From: Raillietiella orientalis
Lineage: Eukaryota
Direction of reading: 5' to 3'
Assembly: GCA_036172245.1 (NCBI GenBank)
Contig: JAYWIR010000005.1
Span: forward strand, 1,116,001-1,180,000
DNA: 64,000 nt
Position 1 is the first letter of the stretch; each line of letters starts with the position of its first letter. Shown piece after piece: positions 1 to 9,136 of this stretch. Both the position numbers and the translations under genes were made by a program. Below the pieces are notes generated by a model. It had not been told where the DNA came from. It did not search any database and saw only the letters and a list, made by a program, of their open reading frames with translations.

Positions 1-94
1 TTTTCCTTCGGGTTGCCGATTCCAGGTCCACCCGCGTTCTGTCGGGACGTTCCTTCGCGAAAGGCAAACACTACGGTGGCAGGACCCTTGGCCC

Positions 95-610
95 TACTAC
101 GTGCTGACTGAGCTCTACATGTTCGACGGCCGCTGCAGGATATCGCGCTCACCTACGCACACTGCTTCGGGCATCGTTCACACCCCTTGCCCCAGTGCTG
201 CCCTTGAAAGACTCAAGGGACAGCGGCCTTCCAGCAAGGTAGGAGGTGTCTTGCTGCATTGCGGGAAGAAAGAAATCGCCAAGTGAGTGGACAACTCGGC
301 AGATCACGAGCGCAGCGACTCGAGTGTCCTCGACTGTCACTCTGAGGTGAGCTTGCTCTGATCCCTCTGGAGGAGATGAGGCAGCCTTCAGTGTTCTGGA
401 GCAGTGCTACCCTCCCCCTAGAGTGGCAGGAGTCGGCGATCCTTCTGTTGTATTGGGGTCTCCCATGCAACTCCCGCCGACGTCATTAGACACGAGTTGT
501 GTGTGGACCCAAACTGTACAAGGTGCAGGAGGGGAAATATCTCCCGCACTTCCTAGTGGGCTGTGACCCCTTTCCCCCGTGGGAACTCTCTCCCGTATCC
601 CTCCGGATCC
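95..610 (+). mobile_element. L1/Tx1-like LINE, decayed ORF2 C-terminal fragment
   Basis: Homologous by eye to 39860-40320 and 4441-4670 (TxQITDAAT, LPLxWQE and zinc-knuckle region). Confidence 0.75.
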
Positions 611-614
611 CCGA

Positions 615-1938
615 TTTTCACCCGGGTCGTAGGGGTGTTTATTTAAAACAAACTCTCAACACGCTCTGTGGCTGGACCTATCCAGGATCCAGCCACGCCC
701 GAAGAAACAACACAGAGCCTGCCGGGCCACCGGTTCGCAGACCGGTACGGTCCACCACGGCAGCAGGGGGGAAGGGGGAAAGATAAAAAACTAAACAAAA
801 AGAAAACAAAAAGTGGGAGGGTACGGGAAGGGATCACAGTAGCTGCTGGGGCCGCTGCATCCTTCGCAGGATGCCGGCAAGCTCTTCCTGAATGTTTGGA
901 TCCAGGTGGGGCCATCGCGTCGTCCACTCCAAAAATTCGTCGGTGCGCTGAATGGCACCCTTATCACGAGGACCTCCTCCCGCAGCCTTGCTCCAAGCGG
1001 CGACGATCCCGCGAAGGCAGCACAGGGCTGCTAACGAGGCCGCAGGCCGAAGGGCTTCGGCAACGAAGAGGGCTTTTATAGCGTCCCTGCGGTTGCCGCC
1101 GGGGATTCCGATGACCGCCGCAAAGCGTAGTCAAAGGGACCGAAGGGCAACACAATCCACAAGGAGGTGGGGGAGGGACTCCCGTTCCCCACACCTAACG
1201 CAATTTGGGTTCACCGCTCCCCAGGTCCAATGGTGTCGGCGGGCGTTGCACGGGAGTCCCCAGTGCTGCAACAGTAGAGCCGACTCCTGCCATTTTAAGG
1301 GGAGGGTGGAGGTGTTCATGAGCACCGGGGGCCACTTCAGACGTTCAATGGGAACATCGAGCAGCGCGCCCCAGCGCAGAAGTCCATGGGGAGGCGTACT
1401 CGGGGTCGCAGCGTCCGTTAGCTGGCCCGTCTTCCACTCTCCTATCTTCCTCTCCCTTCCGGAGATTGTAACTGTAACCTCCCACTTCACCGCAACATCG
1501 CTGTCCAGATCTTCCACTAGGGAGGCCAGCGCAGCAGCGAGGGGGATTCTTCCTGCCCACGCTCTCTTCTTTGGATCCTCCAGGATCTCTCGGAGCGTGC
1601 AACTTTTATAGCTCCCAAACAGGAACCGTCGTTCCTGTTGGGCGCGTGGCATGCCGCTCTGTGCCCACGTGCGAACGGTTTCCTGCAACCAGGCACTATC
1701 GTTCGCGGGGCGACAGGTGATCCATCCTTGATTTTCCCGAATCAAGGCTGCCACCCTCCGTAGCTGGAGCCCACATCGGTTGATGCGGGAGCGATGGAGT
1801 GAAAGAAAGGACGTGAGCCCCGTCTTGCCGGTGGCTTTCTTGACGAGGAGACGTTCAGGGACGCACCAGCAGGTGCTCCACAACTCCGGCACAAAGGCCA
1901 TCAAACGGAACCGAAATGAAATGAAAGGCCATCACGCC
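615..1938 (-). mobile_element. L1/Tx1-like LINE 3' fragment (ORF2 C-terminus with CCHC knuckle plus 3' UTR)
   Basis: ORF 1131..1904 contains CVRCGERESLPHLLVDC. The AATAAA plus terminal hairpin lies at 615-645. Bases 688-1903 are near-identical to 36301-37516. Confidence 0.9.
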
Positions 1939-2503
1939 TCCAAGCATTCGACTGCGTCGACCAGAATCTCCTGTTGGAGCTTCTAGAACGCTTGGGCTTC
2001 TTGGCCTCATTAGTGGCCTATCTGTACTCCAGTTGGCGCGACGCGATCATCAACCTTTCTTTGAGCAGGCACACTGCGCCCGCTTCGGCCAGCGGCCTCG
2101 TTAGAAGCCTTGTGCTGCCTTCGAGGGATCGCCGTCGCATGGAGCACGGCTAAAGGAGGACCACGCGACAAGGGTGCCATCCAGGGCGCCGCCCGATTCC
2201 TGAGGAGGGCGTCGAGATGGCCCCACCTAGATCCTCAAATGCAGCAAGAGCTTGCCGGCATCCTGCGAAGGATGCAGCAGCCCCAGCAGCAACTGTGATC
2301 CCTTCCCGTACCCTCTCACTTTTTCTTTTCTTTTTGTTTATTTTTTTTTTTTTCCCCCTTCCCCCTGCTGCCGTGGTGGACCGAACCGGTGACCAGGCAG
2401 GTTCTGTGTTTCTTCGTGCGTGGCTGGAGCATTGGTCCAGCCACTGCACGTCTTTGTAAAAGTTTATTTTTCAATAAACGCCCCGGCGAAATCCGGGTGA
2501 AAA
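1939..2503 (+). mobile_element. L1/Tx1-like LINE, internally deleted (RT KAFD segment joined to the 3' end)
   Basis: 1939-2072 encodes SK-AFDCVDQNLLLELLERLGF. 2073-2503 is the ORF2 end (LCCLRGI...ELAGILRRMQ, stop at 2298) and a 3' UTR with AATAAA at 2473. Confidence 0.85.
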
Positions 2504-3009
2504 TCGAATGCATTATGCGTTAGGCTCCCTCCCCCACCCGACCATCCGACCCTTTGCCGGCGCATGCACCGAAATTCCGGCTGCGCACCAAGCCCCTTTC
2601 TCGTTGGAGCTCTAGCCAGGTGGAAGAGTGGAACAGGTTCGCCTCCATGCTTCGCCCGGGAACAGCATATGTCTGTTCCGGGCTGATGAAGGCGTTTGCA
2701 ACCCGTTCCAGGCGCTCTGCCCAAACCTTAGCTACCAACTTGGCGTACGCATTCACTATTGTGATGGGACGCCAGTTGTTCATGCTCCTCAGATCTCCCG
2801 GAGAGAGGGGGGAGCTGCACCTTTGCCGAGAGAAACGAGGCGGGAACGTCGCCTGTTTCGCGGATCAGCAAAGTGAGCTGATGTACCAGGGGGTAAGGTC
2901 TGCCGCGAAAGCTTGATAAAACTTCGCGGGCAGGCCGTCCTACCCTGAAGCCTTGCGCCTCTTGAGCTTTCCGATGGCCGAGAGGATCGTGAAAGGCTCG
3001 TCGAGGCCG
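2504..3009 (-). mobile_element. L1/Tx1-like LINE, RT N-terminal fragment; appears to resume at about 3912-4090 beyond a nested insertion
   Basis: Reads LDEPFT..AIGKLKRRKASG*DGLPAKFYQ, then NNWRPITIVNAYAKLVAKVWAERL..ISPEQTYAVPGRS, and ends in SLTHNAFD, a degenerate SLDxxKAFD. Confidence 0.88.
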
Positions 3010-3911
3010 TCGCGTCTTATCTTCTGTGTTCCGGCCAGAAGATACGAAGATGCGGCCTGCTCCTTGGACACATGTCCACCTTGGCACCTTGGTCTGCAGC
3101 CTCGCCAACTCCTCTGCATGGCTGGAGGAGACCGCTGGCAAGTGGGCGAAGATAAATGAGAAGAACCACGAGACGTGGAACTGCCTGCGAGTCGGCTTCT
3201 ACTCCCGCCGCACTCTGCGTGAAATTCTTGAATTTCCCGCCAGTTGCACGTGGGCGGAAGGGACTCCCCTTGCTACGGCGATGCCCTTCCTTGCTACGGG
3301 ACGCGGGGAAGAGTAAACCCTGAGTGTGCCAGGTGTGGGGAGCGGCAATCCCTCCCCACCTCATAGTTGACTGCCCTGCCCACCGGAATCTGTGGGAACG
3401 TCTCGGAACGTCCCTTGGGATACCGGTTAGCGGCAATCCCAGAAGAGTTTACAGTCTTCTCTTCGTGCGGGAAGCCATGAGGCCAGCCGCAGCCCTGGCA
3501 CACTTTGCTGAATCCGTGGTATTGTGGCGGCTGGAGTGAAGCCGAAGATGAAGATTCCATCGTAACGGACGTCATCCCGTATGCTGTTCGCTTTCTGCAG
3601 AGAGCTACCGGATGGCGCCAGCTGGGTAGACTGAGGGAGAGGGAGGACCTCGAGGGCATCCTGCAAAGGATGGACCCTCCTCCCAGTGGGCAGTGATCCT
3701 TTCCCTTCCCTCCAAAATCTCTTTTTTCTTTCGGTTATTGTTTTATTTTTCTTTTTGTTTTTTCCCCCTTGCCCTTCCACTGCCGAGGAGAGTCACGCCG
3801 GTCTGCGTCCCGGCAGGTCCTGGGAAATGTTGGCCGTTAGTGGGGCCTTGTACCACGTAATGTATTGACGATTGAAAAGTTTTAATAAACGTCCCGGCGT
3901 ACCCGGGTGGC
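3010..3911 (+). mobile_element. 5'-truncated L1/Tx1-like LINE with a 13-bp target-site duplication
   Basis: CTCGTCGAGGCCG occurs at 2997-3009 and 3912-3924. The start is homologous to 38822 onward. It contains CQVWGAAIPPHLIVDC and has AATAAA at 3884 plus the terminal hairpin. Confidence 0.88.
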
Positions 3912-4169
3912 CTCGTCGAGGCCGGAAAAGGCGAAACGCCGAATCCGCGTCCGCGAGGAGAACACGCGCGCCCGCCTCGCGATCGAATGGGACGAACGCC
4001 GCCCGGGCGTGAGCCCGGGCGTGCGGACACCGTCCTGGAGGCGAAGGCTACCCGAAGACCCACTCCGCGCGGGGCTCCGTAACACCGCTGGGGGACGCGC
4101 GCGCGACGCGAATCGCGCACGCGCCCAGCGGTCACCTTCCCCGCAGCGGTGAACGGTCGAGTGCTTGTT

Positions 4170-4432
4170 CGCTCCGGATCCCCTAGGACGCCCTCCAGCA
4201 CGGCTCCAGTGCCCTCTTCTTCCTCCGGTGACCCCTTCCCGGACCTTTCAATTTCTTGCAGATACATTTTTTTGTTTCCCTCCCCCTTTGCTGCCGAGGC
4301 GAACCTCGCCGGCCTGTACGCCAGTTCTTATCAGGTTCCCATGGTCACATTTGTAACGTGGCGGGACCAAGAGTCCTGCCATTGAATTGTATGTTTATAT
4401 TATATAAATAAATGCCCTGGAGCAACCCGGTG
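4170..4432 (+). mobile_element. Short LINE 3' end
   Basis: GTGACCCCTT stop context, T-rich tract, both internal hairpins, AATAAA at 4407 and terminal hairpin. Confidence 0.75.
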
Positions 4433-4440
4433 TCAACCAG

Positions 4441-5388
4441 GCAAGGTGGAAGTGTCCTGCTGCATTGCAGGAAGAAAGAGGTCACCAAGTATGTGGACAA
4501 TTCGGCAGATCACGGACGCTGCGACCCCGAGTATGGGGTTTCGCCCCATGGACTTCTACGCTCGACATCCCTTTGGAGGAGGTGAAGTGGCTTCCAGAGT
4601 GCTGGAACAGTGGTGTCCTCCCCCTCAAGTGGCAGGAGTTGGCTTTGGAGGTGGTGCATGGGGGAATCCATGAACCACCGGTAAGGCTGCAAGGCCGACG
4701 CACTGCCTCCAGCCGCATCACTCGCAGGACTCCGCTGTCTTCTGCGTAATCGTGGCGGCCTGGAAAGCGGGAAGAGGAGGCCGGAATGGCAGGGACGCAA
4801 TCCACCGGGCGCGGATCTTCCCGAAGACCGCCTCGAGATGGCCCCACTTGGAAGAAGAAATAACAAAACTTGTCAGCATCCTGTACAGGATGCGGAAGAC
4901 GTCTCGCGGCGAGACGTGATCCATTACCTCAAAACTTTTCCTCCCCCTTTTTTTGTTTTTGTTTTGCGGTTTTCCCTCCCCCTTTGTGTCTGGAGCGGAC
5001 CCCGCCGGTCTCCCTACCGGTGACCGGCAAGTTGGACGCGGAAAAAGTCGGGACCGAAGAGGCCCGCGAGCAGGGAGACGCTCGCCATATTGTGAACCTG
5101 GTACTTGGAGACGCGGTTCAGGAACCCGAAGAAGTACTTCAGGGCGTTGTAGTTGATGACGGGCATGGAGCCCAGGAGGGCGCGCAGCCTCATGATGAAG
5201 AGCACGTGGTTGGCGCAGCAATCTGCAAAGGCGGAGGCGGCAGGTCAAGTCGACGGGAAGGGACGGTGCGTCCGAGGTACTTTTCTAAATGGCCACGAAG
5301 GTGGCGTTCAAGACGGGTGGGATGATCATTCGTATGTCCTTTTATTACTATTTTAATAATAAATACCCCAGCACAACCAGGCGAAAAA
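4441..5388 (+). mobile_element. LINE 3' fragment carrying the captured FAM13 piece in its 3' UTR
   Basis: ORF2 end at 4441-4919, hairpin 1 at 5004-5021, FAM13 insert at 5036-5325, AATAAA at 5358 and a degenerate terminal hairpin. Confidence 0.8.
5036..5325 (-). pseudogene. Duplicated exon-intron-exon fragment of the FAM13 RhoGAP domain, embedded in a LINE 3' UTR
   Basis: Colinear with 15288-15583. It keeps the intron (5223-5280, 58 nt versus 63 nt) with GT/AG ends and has a TGG>TAG stop at 5287-5285. Confidence 0.92.
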
Positions 5389-5394
5389 CCACGC

Positions 5395-6320
5395 CCTCAC
5401 TATGAAGGTTTGGCGGGAATACGGTGTGCAGATTGAGGAGGATCACCTCGACAGCAGAGGAGAGGGGAAGAAACAGAACAAAATATAAATGACTTGGGGT
5501 GCACGGGAAGCGATCGCAGCCTGCTGGGGTCTGCCCTCTGTATCCTCTCAAGGATACCGGCAAGTTCTTCCTGCATGGTCATCCGGTGGGACATCTCATT
5601 GCCCTCCGCAAGAATACGTAGGACGAAATGGGTGGAGTCCCTCGCGCGGCCGCCTTCTTTGGAGTCTCTCCAGGCCACCATGATCCCGCGCAGGCAACAA
5701 AGAGATGCTGAGGATGCGCCTGGAGATAGAGCGTCGAGCACGAAGAGGGGCTGCCACGCGTTCCTGGGGTTGTCGCGTGGGGTCCGGATGGTCGTCGCCG
5801 CGCAGCGGTCGCTGGGCAACGCAGTCGACGAGCAGATGCTGGAGGGATTACTGTTCTCGCTCCTGCTGAAGTTCAAGTCACCCTTCCCCTACTCCCCGTG
5901 TCCAGTTACGTCGGCGTACGTTGCATGGAAGGACCCAGTGCCACAACAGAAGCGCCGACTCCTGCCCCTTAAGAGGGAAGGAGCGGCTGTTCGGGAGCAC
6001 TGGGGCCCACTCGAGGTTTCAGGGGGATTTCCTAGCTCCTGGAGCACATCTCGCAGGAGACGTCCCATTCTGCCGGTGGGACATCACTGCCGATGTCCTC
6101 TCTCGGGGAGGATTTCCGCGGTCAGGGAGGCTCCTTCCGCTCACGCACGCTCGGTGGGACGCGCGACGATTCCTCTGGAGAGAGCAGTTGCTGCACGAGA
6201 GGCGCAGCAACAGCTGCCGTGACCTCGCGGCTCGGCTCATTAGCCTTCCTCCACCGTACGAACCGTTTTCAGCAGCCGGGCATCACCGTTCGCCGAGAGG
6301 CAGGATGTCCAGGCTCTCTC
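5395..6320 (-). mobile_element. Decayed LINE ORF2 C-terminal fragment
   Basis: ORF 5400..5876 contains ASLCCLRGIMVAW...EELAGILERIQ. The upstream part matches WxSCLxAN..LLKTVRT. Confidence 0.8.
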
Positions 6321-6336
6321 CCTGGTCAGTGTGTGA

Positions 6337-6379
6337 CCTCTTAGCGCGGCTGGGGTCCTACCCCAGCCGCGCTAAGAGG
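6337..6379. repeat. Perfect 20-bp inverted repeat with a 3-nt loop
   Basis: CCTCTTAGCGCGGCTGGGGT-CCT-ACCCCAGCCGCGCTAAGAGG. Confidence 0.95.
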
Positions 6380-6489
6380 GATGGATGGGACATGGACATT
6401 CAATGGGACACGCTGTGGCAGCTCCCGGTAAGAGAGTAAGGGGGTCCTTCTCACAAGGAGGCGTGCAGGTCCGCACCCGTGGGGTACTC

Positions 6490-7960
6490 CAGCGTGGGTC
6501 CGGAAGCGAAAAGGCGGAGTCGTCGTTGACGCGGCGTTGGCAGGGCAGTTGGACTGGATCCGCTTGGGGATCCCCACGGATGGTTGCTTGAAGCAACTCG
6601 GCGTTCCGTTGGGGGACTTCTACGCGGCGGAAGCACGCTGGTCCAGCCGTCTCCAGAAGGCAGAGACGGCTCCAAGAGGTCAAGTGTTACTAGCCGGAAC
6701 GGGTAGCGGCTCGGACCGCGTTCGCAGCTCCTCTCCCCCCCTGCTTTTTGCTTGTCTCCCACCCTTTGCCACCAAGAAGCAGACTGGGGACCTCCTGGGG
6801 CACAGGGAGGTCCGGAGTCCGGTTTAAAGATCTGTGTGCTCCGCGCAGGGATGGAAGAGGACTGGATCTCCTGAAGCAGGAGCGGATGGAGCGCCCGCTC
6901 CCATTTCGAAGACTCATACCCTTGCGGCGAAGCTGTGGACGACCGTCCCTTAGCGCGTGCCAGCACGCCTCCTCACCAAGCGAGGGGCAGAAGGACATAC
7001 ATCGGCTTTCGCCTCTAGTCAGCGAAGTGTGATGCAAAGTGGGTATCAACTTCGCCAAACGGTTGCCTTAGTGAGAGAACTCCTGGATCTCCCAGCATCC
7101 GCGCGAACTGCACTGGTTTGGTCCCAGGAGTCCGTTGGCGCGTGGGAGAAGACTCACGGCTCGAGTGAGGACGGACGCGCCTGTATGCAGAGAGACAGTA
7201 ACGCTCGGTAGTCGCTGCGGTATGTTCAGGGAAAATCCAAAAAGATCTTGTGGGCTTCATTCACCCCCCCCCCCTCCTTTGCCTCCGTGCCGGCCTCCTC
7301 AAGGGAAGCGAGAGACAGCGACCTTTCAGCAAAGTGGGAAGTATCCTGCTGCATCGCAGCTGAAAGGAAGTTTCCAGGTGCGCGGACAACTTGAGAACTG
7401 ACGGACGCCGCGGCGTCGAGCGTCGCGTCCGAAGCACTTCTCCGCTGGGGCAAGCTGTTGCTGGGGACTCCTCGTGAAGATCCGACGTGGTTCCTGGTGT
7501 TTGCGGACAGCGGCGCCCCCTCCTCCTGACGTGGCAGGGGGCGGCGATGCTGGTCGGGAAAATCGGGGAATCGGGAAATCCCTTGACGCAAAGCGCGCCT
7601 TCGCCATGGGACCCGGGGAGGGTGGGTGCGAAGAGGGAGATCCTCCCGCATCCGTTTCTTGCCTGTGCTACCCTCCGGCCCCTGTGAGGACGATTGCAGA
7701 CGGCCCGGGTGGTTCCTGTCGAGCAGTCCCAGGGGCACTACAAAGCGACCCTTCGTGAGCGATGCGCTGCCACCGGCTGCGTGCCCTTTGCTGCCTGCGA
7801 GGGATGGCAGCAGCCCGGAACGCTACAGGAAGAGGACGGAATGGAAGAGACGGCATCGAAAAATCCCCGCCACCTGGGCAACATCCGGAGCAACCTTGCG
7901 AGATCCTGGACAGGATGCAAAGGACGCAGGGCAGCGAGCTGGAAGCCCTTACTTGATCTA
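6490..7960 (+). mobile_element. Decayed LINE ORF2 fragment (RT C-terminal part to the ORF2 end)
   Basis: LDWIRLGIPTDGCLKQLGVPLGDFYAAEARWSSRLQKAE, RVRFKDLCAPRRDG and ALCCLRG...EILDRMQ. Confidence 0.82.
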
Positions 7961-7999
7961 TCCCGAAAAAACTCTTCCGGCGAGTTTACATGGAGCGGC

Positions 8000-8500
8000 G
8001 AGGCAATGAACCCCAAAACAACAGCAACAACAACGAAAAACAATAAAGACAAACAAACAAACAAAAGGGGCGTTTTTTTTTTCGGGGGAGATCGAGGACT
8101 GAGGTCACAGTTCGCTGCCCGGAGTCCTCTATATCCTGTCCAGGATGCTCGCAAGGTTGCTCCAGACGGTGCCCAGGGTAGCGCCATCTCGCGGCGATCC
8201 TCAGGAAGATTCCCGACCAGTGGATGGCGTCCCGTCTATCCTGGACTCTTCTTGTTACGTTACCGGCCAATGTCATCCCGCAAACGGTACAGCGGAGAGC
8301 TGCGAGGGACTCGGAGTGGCGTCACGCGCGAACAGACGTCTGAAAATATCCCTGGGACCGTCCGCCGGGATTCCAAGGGTCCTTGCTAGAAGATCCGAAA
8401 GAGGTTGGAGGACTGTACAATCTGGAAGCAGGTGTGTGAGGGTCCACCACTCCGCAGCCAGCTTCCGAGGGTCCAGTATTGAAGGGCAACTGGGCTGGTT
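8000..8500 (-). mobile_element. Decayed LINE 3' fragment
   Basis: LTHLLPDC..LGIPADGPRDIF, then the ORF2 end and a T-rich 3' UTR start. Confidence 0.75.
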
Positions 8501-8539
8501 CCATTTTTTTTTTTTTTTTTTTTTTTTTTCAGGACGTAG

Positions 8540-9058
8540 TTTTTGCACCTGGTTTAGCCGGGGCACCCATTATTAAAATAAAAACAAAAGTCAAATAAAT
8601 TACAATAATGCGGTAGAACACTGTTCTGGGACGTGCTTGGAACTTGCCAAGACCGGTACGCAGGCTGGCGAGGTCCGTTTCCGCGGCGACTAGAGAGGGA
8701 AAACCGAAAGAAAATAAAAGGAAGCAAACAAAAAGCAAAAAAGGAAGTTTTCTGGGGAGGAGGAGGGATCGAGGAGGGAATCACCTTTCGCTGGAAGACG
8801 TCCTCCGCATTCTGTCCAGGATGCCTACAGTTCCGCTCTTATTTCACCCAGGTGTGTCATCCCGAGGCGGTCTTCAAGAAGATTGTCGCCCAGCGGATGG
8901 CGACCCACCTTCACGTGTCCCAGGCTGTCACGGTTCCCCGGAAATAGCAGAGAGCTGCGAGGGACGCGGCACAGCGGCACGCACAAAGAGGCGTCGTAAA
9001 ATGCCCCTGGGGCCACCCGCCGGGATTCCTAGGATCGCCGAGAAGCGATCCCAAAAAG
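8540..9058 (-). mobile_element. LINE 3' fragment with complete terminus
   Basis: ORF2 end, hairpin 1, and terminal TGCCCCGGCTAAACCAGGTGCAAAAA on the minus strand. Confidence 0.8.
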
Positions 9059-9059
9059 A

Positions 9060-9136
9060 CATGGTAGAAGCGAGAGCTCTACCAAAGTACACTTATTATC
9101 TGTATAATAAATGCCATGGCAAATCAGGGTGCAAAA
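9060..9136 (+). mobile_element. Minimal (about 75 nt) LINE 3' terminus
   Basis: Hairpin 2 (TGGTAGA..TCTACCA), AATAAA and a degenerate terminal hairpin TGCCATGGCAAATCAGGGTGCAAAA. Confidence 0.6.

Noticed and set aside
2360..2450. 3' UTR structure as a hammerhead or HDV-like ribozyme
   Set aside because: No CUGAnGA/GAAA core, and the stem order and sizes do not fit the HDV P1-P4 layout. Kept only as an unknown structured RNA.
2473..2511. Terminal hairpin read as a Helitron 3' end, which would also explain gene capture
   Set aside because: CTRR is not conserved after the hairpin, and two copies have 13-bp TSDs with 5' truncation. That fits target-primed reverse transcription, not rolling-circle insertion.
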